Shown: positions 1 to 10,364, numbered from the stretch's first letter. The stretch is DNA of 64,000 nucleotides from an uncultured Gemmatimonadales bacterium (GCA_963828735.1 CAWHFW010000005.1:2592001-2656000); one strand, 5' to 3'. Notes: generated by a model from the letters alone, not told the origin. Program-made: numbers and translations.

Positions 1-1
1 C

Positions 2-3000
2 ACGGCCTTCCTGCCGCCCCACCGCCTGGCCAAGCTCGATCTGGTGCGGCACGGCGGGGTCCCCGAGGGACTCCGGACGGTGGTCGTGGTCCCGACCCTG
101 TTCGGGAGCGTCGAGGCCGTGCGCGAGGCGCTCGAGCACCTCGAGGTGCAGTACCTGGCCAACCGGGAAGCCCACCTGCAGTTCGCGATTCTCAGCGACT
201 TCACCGACGCACCCACCGAGACGCGCGACGGCGACGCGGCGGTCCTCGGGGCCGCGGAGGAAGGCGTGCGCACGCTGAACGCGCAATACGCCACTGGTGG
301 CGAAGACCCGTTCTATCTCTTCCACCGGCCGCGGCGATGGAATCCGAGCCAGGGTGTGTGGATGGGCTGGGAGCGGAAGCGTGGCAAGCTCGCCGAATTC
401 AACCGCTTTCTCCGCGGCGGCGACGCGGGCCCGTTCTCGAGCATCGTTGGCGACCCGGCGCCGCTCCGCGGAGCGCGCTACGTCATCACCCTCGACGCCG
501 ACACGCTGCTGCCGCCGGACACCGCGGTGCTCCTGATCGGCGCGCTCGCCCATCCGCTCAACCGCGCCGTGTACGACTCCGACCGCGGCCGAGTGGTCCG
601 AGGCTACGGGATCCTCCAGCCGCGGGTCGGCGTCTCGCTGCCGAGCGCGCACCGCTCGCAGTTCGCCGCGGTGCACTCCGGCCATCCGGGGGTGGACCCC
701 TACACCACCGCCGTGTCCGATGTGTATCAGGACCTGTACGGCGAGGGCAGCTTTACCGGGAAGGGCATCTACGACGTGGATGCCTTCGAGCGCGCGACGC
801 ACGGTCGGTTCCCCGAGAACACGCTGCTCTCCCACGACCTGATCGAGGGCAACTATGCGCGAGCCGGCCTCGCCAGCGACATCGTGGTCTACGATGACTA
901 CCCGGCCCGCTATCTCACTTTCACCCGGCGGAAGCACCGCTGGATCCGCGGCGACTGGCAGCTGCTGCGGTGGCTCACCAACCGCGTCCCCGGTCCCGAC
1001 GGCCCCGAGCCGAACCGGCTGTCGCTCCTCTCGCGGTGGAAGATCCTGGACAACCTGCGGCGGAGCACCGTCGAGCTGGCGCAGCTGGCGTTCCTGATCG
1101 CCGGATGGACGTTCCTCCCGGGCGGTCCGCTCCGCTGGACGCTGCTCGGCCTCGGCGCGATCGCCGCGCCCCACGTGGTCGCGCTGCTGCTCGCGATGCT
1201 CCAGCCGCCGATGGACAAGTCCTGGCGCGCGTACTACGCGGCCGTGGCCCACGATGCCGCGACCAGCCTCCAGCAGATGGCGCTGGCAATCACCTTCCTG
1301 CCTCACCAGGCCTGGGTCTCGGCGGACGCGATCCTGCGGACGCTCTGGCGGCTGTTGGTCTCCCATCGCCAGCTCCTCGAGTGGCAGACCGCGTCGCAGA
1401 CCGAGCGCCTCGTCTCGGCCGGCGCCGGCGCCGCGTGGCGCACGATGTGGCCCGCGGTCGCCTTGCCGCTCGTCCTCCTGGCCGCGGCCGCCGCGGTGGC
1501 GGCGGTCGGAGGCCACGGGGTGGACCTCTCGCCGCTGATGGGCGCCGCCGCGCCGCTCGTGCTGCTGTGGTCGGTCTCGCCGTCGATCGCCTATGCGATC
1601 AGCAGCCCGGCCGTGCGACGCGAGCGCCGCCTGCCCGCCTCGAGCCGGACGGCGGCCATGCGCTACGCGCTGCTCCACTGGCGCTACTTCGACCGGTTCG
1701 TCACCGAGGAGACCCACTGGCTCGCACCGGACAACTTCCAGGAGGATCCAGTTCCCGTGGTGGCGATGCGCACGTCACCCACCAACATCGGCCTCCAGCT
1801 GCTCGCGACGGTCAGCGCTCACGACCTCGGATTCATCACGGCGGAGGACATGACCGCTCGTCTCGAGCGGGCGTTCGCGGCGCTCGAGCGGATGCGACGC
1901 TTTCGCGGCCACTGGTACAACTGGTACGACCTGCGGGATCTGCAGGTGCTGGAGCCGGCCTACATCTCGACCGTGGACAGCGGCAACCTCGCGGGTCACT
2001 TCATCGCGCTGCGCCAGGCCTGTCTCGGCATCGCCGATGAGCCCGTCTTCGACGGGCGGACCTGGCGGGCGCTTCGGACGAGCATACTCCTGGCGCAGGA
2101 AGGGCTCCGGCACGCCCGCGAGAGCAGCGCCGAGGCCTCCCGCGCGCTGCTGGCAGCGGAGTCGGCGCTCCAGGAGGCGGCGACGGCGCTGAGCCCGGCG
2201 GACACGCAGGCGCCGGGCGCTGTGCTGCAGACTGTCGGCCCCGCGCTCGAGCGAGCGTGGGCCGCCCTCGCCGCCGTACCGCCGCCGACCGACGGGACGG
2301 AGCCGATGGGCGTGTGGATCGAATGGTCGCTGGGCCTCGTGCGGGAACAGGAGGCGCGGCTCTCGGGCCTCTCGCTCGTGCCAACGTCCGGTCGGGAATC
2401 GCGTCCGGTCTCCAGGTCGGAAACGTGGCGCACCGTCGCGGGGCGGTCGAGCGCCGCGGCCGATGTCCTCTCCCGCCTCGAGGTCCTGGCCGATCGCGCG
2501 GCGGCCTACATGCATGCCATGGACTTCGGATTTCTGTACGACAAGGGTCGCAGCCTGTTCGCGATCGGGTATCAGGCCGGCTCGCCCATGCTCGACGGCT
2601 CACACTACGACCTGCTGGCGTCCGAGGCGCGGCTGGCGAGCTACCTCGCGGTGGCGCGGAATCAGGTTCCAGTCGAGCACTGGTTCCGGCTTGGTCGCAC
2701 GCTCACCCGCGCGGCCGGGGCCACCGCCCTGGTCTCCTGGAGCGGGAGCATGTTCGAGTACCTGATGCCGACCCTGGTGATGCGATCCTTTCCGTACACC
2801 GTGCTGGACGAGACGTTCGAAGGAGCGGTACAGCGCCAGATCGCGTATGCGAGCGACCGGCGGGTGCCCTGGGGGATCAGCGAGAGCGCCTACAACCTGC
2901 GGGACCGCTACCAGACCTACCAGTATCGCGCGTTCGGCGTCCCGGACCTCGCGCTCAAGCGCGGGCTGGGCCGCGACCTGGTGATCGCGCCGTACGCCTC

Positions 3001-6000
3001 GGCGCTGGCGGCGATGATCTCGCCCCAGCGGGCGATCGCCAACCTGCTCGTGCTCGAGAAGCTTGGCGCGCTGGGCCGCTACGGCTTCCACGAAGCGATG
3101 GACTACACCAGGCCAGACCCCGGCCGCCCGTTCGGCCTGGTGCGCGCGTACATGGCTCACCACGTCGGGATGAGCCTCGTCGCGCTGTGCAACGCGCTCG
3201 CCGCGCAGCTCTGGCAGCGCCGGTTCCACACCGACTCGATGGTGCGTTCCGTCGAGCTCCTGCTTCACGAGCGCGCGCCGCGCCGGCTCGAGCTCCAGGA
3301 GCCGCAGGTCAGCCGGGCCGACGAGGCGCTGCCCGACCCGGAGCTCGAGCGGCCCGTCGTGCGCGAGGTGACAAGTCCCAACACCCCGACGCCGCACGTC
3401 GCGCTGCTCGGCCACCTGCCGTACACGGTGATGGTGAGTCACTGTGGCGGGGGCTACAGCCGGTTCGAGGACCTGGCGGTCACCCGGTGGCGCGCCGATG
3501 CGACGCGCGACCACACGGGTCAATTCTGCTACGTGCGGGACGTCACCGAAGGACGCGTCTGGTCCACCACCTATCAGCCGGCCTGCGCGGAGCCCGACCG
3601 CTATCGTGCCTTCCTCGCGACCGACCGGGTCACGGTCCATCGGGTGGACGGCGCGATCGAGACCCGGACCGAGATCGCCGTGGTACCCGCGGACGCGGCG
3701 GAAGTCCGGCGGGTGACGGTCACGAACACCGGACATACGGCGCGCGAGATCGAGCTCACCAGCTACGGTGAGATCGTGCTCGCGCCGCCGGACGCCGACC
3801 GGGCCCATCCGGCGTTCGGCAACCTGTTCGTCCAGACGGAATACCACGACTGGTGCACCGCCATCACCGCGACCCGCCGCCCGCGCTCGGCGGAGGAGAG
3901 CCCGCCCTGGTGCGTCCACGTGGTGGATGACGGACGGGAGCGCGTCGGGTCCGTCACCTGCGAGACCGACCGAGCCCGCTTCATCGGCCGCGGGCGCACA
4001 TGCCGGGATCCGGTCGCGCAGGACGCGGCGACTCCGCTGTCCGGGACGACCGGCGCCGTGCTCGATCCGATCTTCGCGCTCCGCACGCGCCTGCGTCTCG
4101 AGCCGCGCCAGTCCGCATCGGTGGCGTTCACGACGTTGGTGGCCTCGACGCGTGAGCGTGCGTTCGAGCTGGCCGACCGGTACCATCATCCGCGGGCGGC
4201 CCAGCGGGCGCTCGATCTCGCCTGGACTTCGGCGCAGGTCGAGCTCCGCGAGCTGAACGTCTCGCCGGGGGATGCCGGCGTGTTCCAGGAGCTCGCCGGC
4301 CATCTGTTCTACTCGAACGCCCTGCTCCGGCCCCCGCAGGAGGAGTTGCGCCGGAACCGGGGCTCGCAGCCCCTGCTCTGGACCATGGGCGTCTCGGGTG
4401 ACTGGCCCATTCTCCTCGCCACGATCGATTCGGCGGAGGGATTGCCGACGCTCCGGCAGTTGCTCGCGGCCCACCACTACTGGCGCCGACGTGGCATGAT
4501 GGTGGACCTCATCGTGCTCAACATGCGCCCGACGAGCTATTTCCAGGAGCTCGAGCAGCGCATCATGGCCGCCATTCAGGCGTCGCACGCCGGCGGGATG
4601 ATCGACCGTCCGGGGGGCGTGTTCGCGCGGCGGCGGGACCTGCTCGCACCGGAGGTCATCGCGATGCTCCGCGCGACCGCGCGCGTGCACCTCGAGTGCG
4701 ATGGGCGCGCGCTGGGTCGCGTCCTGGTGACGGCGGCCGCCCGCGATGACGTGGTGACGGAAGACCTGGCCTCGCTGCCGGCGCCGACGCGCACCACTCA
4801 CCGGGCCGGACCCCTCGGTCTGCTGCGCGTGCTGAGCGTGGGCGCCCTGGAGACGGCGAAAAGCGCGCTCGGCGGCTCGGCCACGATTCCGATGCCGACC
4901 TCGTCCCACCCGCCCATGGGTGACGGGGCGCCACCCCCCGGCGACAGGCCCGCGAACGGGTTCGGGAGCCTCACCCCGACCGGCGACTACACGGTGCTGG
5001 TCGACGGGGATCGCGTGCCGCCGCTACCCTGGGCCAACGTCGTCGCCAACCCGCACGGCGGGTTCCTGATCACGGAGCGGGGTGCGGGATTCGCGTGGGC
5101 CGGCAGCAGCTACTTCTATCGGCTCACGCCATGGCACAACGACCCCGTGACCGACCCGCCGAGCGAGGTGCTGTATCTGCGGGACGAGGAGAGCGGCGGT
5201 GTCTGGTGCCCGACGCCCGCGCCCGTCCGCGCGGCCGGTGCCTACGAGGTGCGGCACGGCGCCGGCTCGACCACCTTCGGGCATCAGCGCGATGGCATCG
5301 AGACGACGCTCACCGTGGGGCTTGCCGAAGACGCCCCGGTCAAGCTGTCCACGCTCCGCCTCACCAACCACGGGGCCGGGCCACGCCGGTTCTCGCTCAC
5401 GGCGTTCGTCGAGTGGACCCTGGGCGCGCAGCGCGAGCATACCCAGCATCAGGTGCACACCAGCTTCGACGCCGCTCGCCGCGCGATCCTCGCGCGCAAC
5501 ACGTTCGACGCTCAGTTCGCCGGTACGGTCGCGTTCTGCGCGCTGAGCGAGCCGATCGTGGACTACACGGCGGACCGGCGCGAATTCCTCGGGCGTAACG
5601 GGACGCTGGCGGCGCCCGCCTCGCTGGCGGTGCCGCTCACGGGCTCGACCGGCGCCGCGCTCGATCCGTGTGCCGCGCTCCGGTGTCTCATCTCGCTCGC
5701 GCCGGGCGAATCGCGGGAGGTTGTCTTCGCGCTCGGCGCGGCCGAGGGCGAGGACGCGGCGCGCGGGTTGCTCGACCGGCTCACCGATCCGGCCCGCGCG
5801 CGGGCCGCGTGCGAGCAGAACGTCGCCGGGTGGCACGAGCGTCTCTCGACGATCACCGTACGGACGCCCGAGCCGTCCTTCGACGCCATGATCAACCGCT
5901 GGCTCCTGTACCAGTCGCTGGGCTGCCGGATGTGGGCGCGGTCGGCCCTGTACCAGAGCAGCGGCGCGTACGGCTTCCGCGACCAGCTGCAGGACGTCAT

Positions 6001-7339
6001 GGCGCTGGTCTACGCCGAGCCCGCGATCGCCCGCGAGCACATCCTCCGGGCGGCCGGCCGCCAGTTCGTCGAGGGCGACGTCCAGCACTGGTGGCATCCT
6101 CCCGCCGGCCGCGGCGTGCGCACGAAGTTCTCCGACGACATGGCGTGGCTGCCGTACGTCGTCGATCACTACATCCTCGTCACGGGCGACGCCTCGGTGC
6201 TCGATGAGACGGCGGCCTTCCTCACCATGCGCCAGCTGGAGCCGCACGAGCACGAGGTCTACGATCTACCGAGCGTCTCCGACCAGCTCGGCTCGGTCTA
6301 CGAGCACTGCCTGCGAGCGCTGCGGCGGGCCTGCACCACCGGCGCGCACGGGCTGCCACTCATCGGCATCGGCGACTGGAACGATGGCATGAGCCGGGTG
6401 GGCGTCGAGGGCCGGGGTGAGAGCGTGTGGCTGGCCTGGTTCCTCATCGCCACGCTCCGCGGGTTCGCCGCTCACGTGGAGCGCCGGGGCGACGTGGTCG
6501 TGGCCGCGGACTTCCGGCGCCGCGCGGACGCCTATGCGGCCGCGGCCGAGACCGCGGGCTGGGACGGCGAGTGGTATCGGAGAGCCTACTTCGACGACGG
6601 CACGCCGCTCGGCTCCGCGATGAGCGACGAGTGCCGGATCGATTCGATTGCCCAATCCTGGAGCGTCATCTCGGAGGCGGGCGATCCGGTCCATCGGGAG
6701 CAAGCCATGGGGTCGCTCGAGCGGCAGCTCGTGCGCGATGACGATCGCATCCTTCCGCTGCTCACCCCGCCGTTCGACAAGACGCCCAAGGACCCGGGGT
6801 ACATCAAGGGCTATCTGCCGGGTGTGCGTGAGAATGGCGCCCAGTATACCCACGCCGCTCTCTGGGCCGTGCTCGCTACCGCCATGCGGGGCAACGGCGA
6901 CCGGGCCTTCGAACTGTTCCAGATGATCAACCCGCTCACCCGCACGCGGACGCCCGAGGAGGTGGCCGTGTACCAGCTCGAGCCGTACGTGGTCGCGGCG
7001 GACGTGTACACCGCGGCGGGGCACGTCGGCCGAGGGGGGTGGAGCTGGTACACGGGCTCGGCGAGCTGGATGTACCGCGTCGGACTGGAGGCGATCCTCG
7101 GCTTTGCCAAGCGGGGGGAGACGATCGGCGTGGATCCCCGGGTGCCGGAGGACTGGGGCGAATTCGCGGTCACATACCGGTACCGCACGAGCGTCTACGA
7201 AATCGTCGTCGAGCAGCCGCACCGCGCACGGCGGGGGAATCAGGAGGTATCACTCGATGGGCGGACGCTCGACACGGAGACGATCGCCCTGACGGACGAC
7301 GGGCAGACGCATCGAGTGGTGGTGCGGCCAAAGGGTTGA
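2..7339 (+). CDS. ndvB: Cyclic beta-1,2-glucan synthase NdvB/Cgs-like (GT84 + TM region + glucoamylase-like/GH144-related domain + GH94 phosphorylase), 5' truncated by the window edge
   Basis: Frame open from position 2. Motifs WMGWERKRGKL, ITLDADT, LSHDLIEG, RWIRGDWQ (GT), TSPTNIG, YDLLASEARL, SWSGSMFEYLMP, QSSGAYGFRDQLQD, GDWNDGM, RENGAQYTH (GH94). Confidence 0.93.
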   Translation, partial: TAFLPPHRLAKLDLVRHGGVPEGLRTVVVVPTLFGSVEAVREALEHLEVQYLANREAHLQFAILSDFTDAPTETRDGDAAVLGAAEEGVRTLNAQYATGGEDPFYLFHRPRRWNPSQGVWMGWERKRGKLAEFNRFLRGGDAGPFSSIVGDPAPLRGARYVITLDADTLLPPDTAVLLIGALAHPLNRAVYDSDRGRVVRGYGILQPRVGVSLPSAHRSQFAAVHSGHPGVDPYTTAVSDVYQDLYGEGSFTGKGIYDVDAFERATHGRFPENTLLSHDLIEGNYARAGLASDIVVYDDYPARYLTFTRRKHRWIRGDWQLLRWLTNRVPGPDGPEPNRLSLLSRWKILDNLRRSTVELAQLAFLIAGWTFLPGGPLRWTLLGLGAIAAPHVVALLLAMLQPPMDKSWRAYYAAVAHDAATSLQQMALAITFLPHQAWVSADAILRTLWRLLVSHRQLLEWQTASQTERLVSAGAGAAWRTMWPAVALPLVLLAAAAAVAAVGGHGVDLSPLMGAAAPLVLLWSVSPSIAYAISSPAVRRERRLPASSRTAAMRYALLHWRYFDRFVTEETHWLAPDNFQEDPVPVVAMRTSPTNIGLQLLATVSAHDLGFITAEDMTARLERAFAALERMRRFRGHWYNWYDLRDLQVLEPAYISTVDSGNLAGHFIALRQACLGIADEPVFDGRTWRALRTSILLAQEGLRHARESSAEASRALLAAESALQEAATALSPADTQAPGAVLQTVGPALERAWAALAAVPPPTDGTEPMGVWIEWSLGLVREQEARLSGLSLVPTSGRESRPVSRSETWRTVAGRSSAAADVLSRLEVLADRAAAYMHAMDFGFLYDKGRSLFAIGYQAGSPMLDGSHYDLLASEARLASYLAVARNQVPVEHWFRLGRTLTRAAGATALVSWSGSMFEYLMPTLVMRSFPYTVLDETFEGAVQRQIAYASDRRVPWGISESAYNLRDRYQTYQYRAFGVPDLALKRGLGRDLVIAPYASALAAMISPQRAIANLLVLEKLGALGRYGFHEAMDYTRPDPGRPFGLVRAYMAHHVGMSLVALCNALAAQLWQRRFHTDSMVRSVELLLHERAPRRLELQEPQVSRADEALPDPELERPVVREVTSPNTPTPHVALLGHLPYTVMVSHCGGGYSRFEDLAVTRWRADATRDHTGQFCYVRDVTEGRVWSTTYQPACAEPDRYRAFLATDRVTVHRVDGAIETRTEIAVVPADAAEVRRVTVTNTGHTAREIELTSYGEIVLAPPDADRAHPAFGNLFVQTEYHDWCTAITATRRPRSAEESPPWCVHVVDDGRERVGSVTCETDRARFIGRGRTCRDPVAQDAATPLSGTTGAVLDPIFALRTRLRLEPRQSASVAFTTLVASTRERAFELADRYHHPRAAQRALDLAWTSAQVELRELNVSPGDAGVFQELAGHLFYSNALLRPPQEELRRNRGSQPLLWTMGVSGDWPILLATIDSAEGLPTLRQLLAAHHYWRRRGMMVDLIVLNMRPTSYFQELEQRIMAAIQASHAGGMIDRPGGVFARRRDLLAPEVIAMLRATARVHLECDGRALGRVLVTAAARDDVVTEDLASLPAPTRTTHRAGPLGLLRVLSVGALETAKSALGGSATIPMPTSSHPPMGDGAPPPGDRPANGFGSLTPTGDYTVLVDGDRVPPLPWANVVANPHGGFLITERGAGFAWAGSSYFYRLTPWHNDPVTDPPSEVLYLRDEESGGVWCPTPAPVRAAGAYEVRHGAGSTTFGHQRDGIETTLTVGLAEDAPVKLSTLRLTNHGAGPRRFSLTAFVEWTLGAQREHTQHQVHTSFDAARRAILARNTFDAQFAGTVAFCALSEPIVDYTADRREFLGRNGTLAAPASLAVPLTGSTGAALDPCAALRCLISLAPGESREVVFALGAAEGEDAARGLLDRLTDPARARAACEQNVAGWHERLSTITVRTPEPSFDAMINRWLLYQSLGCRMWARSALYQSSGAYGFRDQLQDVMALVYAEPAIAREHILRAAGRQFVEGDVQHWWHPPAGRGVRTKFSDDMAWLPYVVDHYILVTGDASVLDETAAFLTMRQLEPHEHEVYDLPSVSDQLGSVYEHCLRALRRACTTGAHGLPLIGIGDWNDGMSRVGVEGRGESVWLAWFLIATLRGFAAHVERRGDVVVAADFRRRADAYAAAAETAGWDGEWYRRAYFDDGTPLGSAMSDECRIDSIAQSWSVISEAGDPVHREQAMGSLERQLVRDDDRILPLLTPPFDKTPKDPGYIKGYLPGVRENGAQYTHAALWAVLATAMRGNGDRAFELFQMINPLTRTRTPEEVAVYQLEPYVVAADVYTAAGHVGRGGWSWYTGSASWMYRVGLEAILGFAKRGETIGVDPRVPEDWGEFAVTYRYRTSVYEIVVEQPHRARRGNQEVSLDGRTLDTETIALTDDGQTHRVVVRPKG

Positions 7340-7393
7340 CCGGCCCCCCGCGAGCCCCGTCCACGATCCGTTCGATCCGCTGTAGACTTCGGA

Positions 7394-7897
7394 ATGCCCA
7401 CGCTCGCTCCGCTCGTGCTGGTCCTCGCATCGGTCGCCGGCCTGCTCCTCATCCCGTTCGGCCTGCCGGGCCTTTGGGTCATTGTCCTCGGCATCATCGG
7501 GTACGGGTGGCTCACCGACTTCGCCAACGTGAGCGGGGTCCTCATCGCTGCGGCCATCGGCCTCGCCTCGCTCGGCGAGATCGTGGAGGCCTGGATCGGC
7601 TTCGGGTTCGCCAAGCGGTACGGCGGCTCCAACCGTGCAGGCTGGGGCGCGCTGGTCGGCGGGTTGACCGGCGCCGTCGTCGGCGTGCCGGTGCCGGTCA
7701 TCGGCTCGGTGATCGGCGGCTTCGTCGGCGCGTTCGTGGGAGCCGCCCTGTTCGAGTACACCAGGGCGCGCCGTTCGGACGTCGCTGCGAGAGCAGGGTG
7801 GGGCGCGGTGCTCGGCCGCGCGGCCGCGGCTGCCGTGAAGATGGCGATCGGCATCGTGCTGAGCGTGGCGGCGCTGTGGATCGCCCTCAGGGGCTGA
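7394..7897 (+). CDS. DUF456 family membrane protein
   Basis: Hydrophobic Gly-rich 167 aa with PFGLPG, KRYGGS..GWGALVGG, GAFVGAALFE patterns. Confidence 0.85.
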   Translation: MPTLAPLVLVLASVAGLLLIPFGLPGLWVIVLGIIGYGWLTDFANVSGVLIAAAIGLASLGEIVEAWIGFGFAKRYGGSNRAGWGALVGGLTGAVVGVPVPVIGSVIGGFVGAFVGAALFEYTRARRSDVAARAGWGAVLGRAAAAAVKMAIGIVLSVAALWIALRG

Positions 7898-7942
7898 TCT
7901 CTACTCGAGATCGCCTCTCGCTCGACCGTGGATCGAGCCTAG

Positions 7943-8125
7943 CGCCGGCGGCCGCGATTCCTGCCGGCGTGGGCGAAGGTGTTCGGGGGGGTCCTGGGCG
8001 GCACGATGGTGCGATCGTTCCGGGTCTCCAATCGAAAGCTCAAGGCGGCCAGCGGGTGGTCGCCACAGTACGCAACGACGCTCGACGGTCTCGCGGCGAT
8101 CCTGGCCGCCGGAGGCGCCCGATGA
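7943..8125 (+). pseudogene. C-terminal remnant of an extended SDR / NAD-dependent epimerase
   Basis: Startless 60-codon frame RRRPRFLPAWAKVFGG...RSFRVSNRKLKAASGWSPQYATTLDGL; its TGA overlaps the next ATG (ATGA); in-frame TAG at 7940. Confidence 0.6.
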
Positions 8126-8787
8126 CGACCCTCTCTCGTACGCAGATCGCCAGCGTGATTGCCGCGCTGGGCTTCATCGTCGTGGCCATGGTCTCCGGAT
8201 ACCGGGCGATCGGCATCCCGCCGGTGGTCATCGTCGGAGGGTCCGGCGTCGTCGGCTTCGTCATGTGGGTCCGTACCTACCTCCGGAAGCCCGTCAGTCC
8301 CGAGATCATCCTGGCGCCGTTCCTGCTCACGGTCGCGGCGCTCGAGGCGCACATGGCGGAGGAGTACCTGACCGGGTTCGGTCCCGCCATGAGCCGGCTG
8401 TTCGACATCAGCTGGACCGAGCGCTCGTTCCTGATCGTGTTCGCCTTCATCGGGCCGGTGCTCTATTCCCTCACCGCGCTGGGGCTCTACTATCGAGCAC
8501 CCCTGGCCGGCTTCCTCGCCTGGTTCATCTTCATCGGCCCCGGGGTGGCGGAGTTCACGCACTTCATCTTCCCGCTCCTTCGGCCCGCCATTGAGCCGGA
8601 CACGCCCGGCACGATCACCACCGCGGTCTCGAACGGTCGAATCGTCGCGGAGATGCGGAACTACTGGGTGCACACGACGGGGCGATACTATTTCCCCGGC
8701 TTGTACACGGCCATCCTGCCGATGGTGCCCGGCATCTGGGCGATCAGGCGACTGCTCCGGGCGCACCGACAAACAATGCAGTCTTGA
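8122..8787 (+). CDS. HXXEE-domain membrane protein
   Basis: ATG at 8122 after GGAGG; multiple TM segments; HMAEE motif and YFPGLYTA near the C-terminus. Confidence 0.75.
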   Translation: MTTLSRTQIASVIAALGFIVVAMVSGYRAIGIPPVVIVGGSGVVGFVMWVRTYLRKPVSPEIILAPFLLTVAALEAHMAEEYLTGFGPAMSRLFDISWTERSFLIVFAFIGPVLYSLTALGLYYRAPLAGFLAWFIFIGPGVAEFTHFIFPLLRPAIEPDTPGTITTAVSNGRIVAEMRNYWVHTTGRYYFPGLYTAILPMVPGIWAIRRLLRAHRQTMQS

Positions 8788-8812
8788 CAAAAAATGTTGT
8801 CGGTGCCAGGTT
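8763..8812 (+). promoter_or_regulatory. Sigma70-type promoter (TTGACA 8784-8789, 17 bp, CAGGTT 8807-8812) overlapped by an inverted-repeat operator
   Basis: Perfect 10-bp IR GCACCGACAA (8763-8772) / TTGTCGGTGC (8797-8806); AT-rich island directly upstream of the HTH gene. Confidence 0.7.
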
Positions 8813-8818
8813 CGTTCC

Positions 8819-9430
8819 ATGGTACCGACGCCCGCACTCGAAGTCGTCCGGCATCCCGATGCCGCGGCCGCCCTCCTGGACCCGGTCCGGCAGCGGCTCC
8901 TGACCGAGCTCGCCGAGCCAGACTCGGCCAGCGGGCTCGCGCGTCGGCTCCGACTCCCCCGCCAGCGCATCAACTACCATCTCCGCACGCTCGAAACCGC
9001 CGGTCTCGTCGAGCTGGTCGAGGAGCGGCGCAAAGGCAACTGCATCGAGCGCGTGGTTCGGGCCAAGGCGCGCGCGTTCGTGATCAGCCCCGAGGCGCTC
9101 GGGCCGCTTGGCCTCACCGCCGAAACCGTGCGCGATCGATTTAGCGCGGCCTACCTCGTGGCCGCGGCGGGGCGCGCCATCCGCGACGTCGGCGCCCTCG
9201 AGGCGCGGGCCCGCAAGGAGAAGAAGCGGCTCACGACCCTCACGCTCGAAGCCGACGTGCGCTTTCGCGACGCCGAGTCCCGCGCCGCGTTCGCCGAGGA
9301 GCTGGCTGACGCGGTGGCCCGGCTCGCGGCCAAGTACCACGACGAGCGAGCGGTGGGCGGCCGCCGGTTCAGGCTGCTCGCCGCGGTGCATCCGGTCGCG
9401 GCCCCCGACGCGCCGGCCTCCACGGATTGA
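8819..9430 (+). CDS. ArsR-like winged HTH transcriptional regulator
   Basis: LLDPVRQRLL..L.EPDSASGLARRL.LPRQRINYHLRTLE.AGLVELVEERRKGNC. Confidence 0.88.
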   Translation: MVPTPALEVVRHPDAAAALLDPVRQRLLTELAEPDSASGLARRLRLPRQRINYHLRTLETAGLVELVEERRKGNCIERVVRAKARAFVISPEALGPLGLTAETVRDRFSAAYLVAAAGRAIRDVGALEARARKEKKRLTTLTLEADVRFRDAESRAAFAEELADAVARLAAKYHDERAVGGRRFRLLAAVHPVAAPDAPASTD

Positions 9431-9512
9431 TCCGGCTGAGCGGCGCGCAGCCGGCGGCGCCAGCCCGTGCCGACTCCCGGCCACGGTGACTTGTGAGGAA
9501 GGAGAAACAACC

Positions 9513-10364
9513 ATGGACAAGACGATCATGCCTGCCCCGCCGCGCGCGTTCGAGATGGCGCTCGACATTGCCGCCTCGCCCGACGACGTCTGGCGCGCGC
9601 TCACCGACCCCAAGGAGCTCGTCCGCTGGTTCCCCGTGGACGCGCGGGTCACACCTGGACCGGGCGGATCCATGGTCTGGTCGTGGGGAGAGAGTTGGGA
9701 TTGGGAATCGAGAATCGCCGCGTGGGAGCCCGGGCGGCTCCTCCGGCTCGTTCAGGAGGACGCGCGGCCGTACGATGCGCAGGGCCGGCCGTTGGAGCCG
9801 GGCCAGGCGGAGCCCGTCCGGGTCGCGATGGAGTTCACGCTGGAGACGCGCCAGGGCAAGACTCGCCTCAGACTGGTGCATTCGGGCTTCGGACGCGGCG
9901 CGGCGTGGGATGACGAGCTCGAGGGCATCACCGAGGGCTGGCAGGCGGAGCTCGCCAGCCTGCGTCACTATCTCGAGCGGCACCACGGGCGGGACCGGGT
10001 GTTCGAGCTGACCTCGCTCTCGACGTTGCTGTCCCGCGAGGAGGCGTGGACCAGGCTCGTCGGACCGGGCGGCTTTCGCTTCACGCCGGCCGATCCGGAG
10101 ACGGGGCAGGGCTACGAGGTCATGGTCCCGGGCGGCGAACGCCTGAGCGGCACGGTGGCGCTACACCTTCCCAGGCAAACCCTCGCGGGCACGGTACGGG
10201 AGCTCGGCGACGGCTGGTTCAGGATCCTTACCTGGTCTGTGCCGGGCGGCGGGACCGGCGTGTGGGCGGGCTTCGCCACGTACGAGGGGGATCCGACTCG
10301 AGTGCGGAACCTGAAGGCGAGGGCAGAGGAGGCGATCAAGAAGCTGTTCAGCGCGACGCGCTAA
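9513..10364 (+). CDS. SRPBCC/AHSA1-domain protein
   Basis: RBS AAGGAGA; IAASPDDVWRALTDPKELVRWF ... TRLRLVHSGF ... EGWQAELASLRHYLE. Confidence 0.88.
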   Translation: MDKTIMPAPPRAFEMALDIAASPDDVWRALTDPKELVRWFPVDARVTPGPGGSMVWSWGESWDWESRIAAWEPGRLLRLVQEDARPYDAQGRPLEPGQAEPVRVAMEFTLETRQGKTRLRLVHSGFGRGAAWDDELEGITEGWQAELASLRHYLERHHGRDRVFELTSLSTLLSREEAWTRLVGPGGFRFTPADPETGQGYEVMVPGGERLSGTVALHLPRQTLAGTVRELGDGWFRILTWSVPGGGTGVWAGFATYEGDPTRVRNLKARAEEAIKKLFSATR

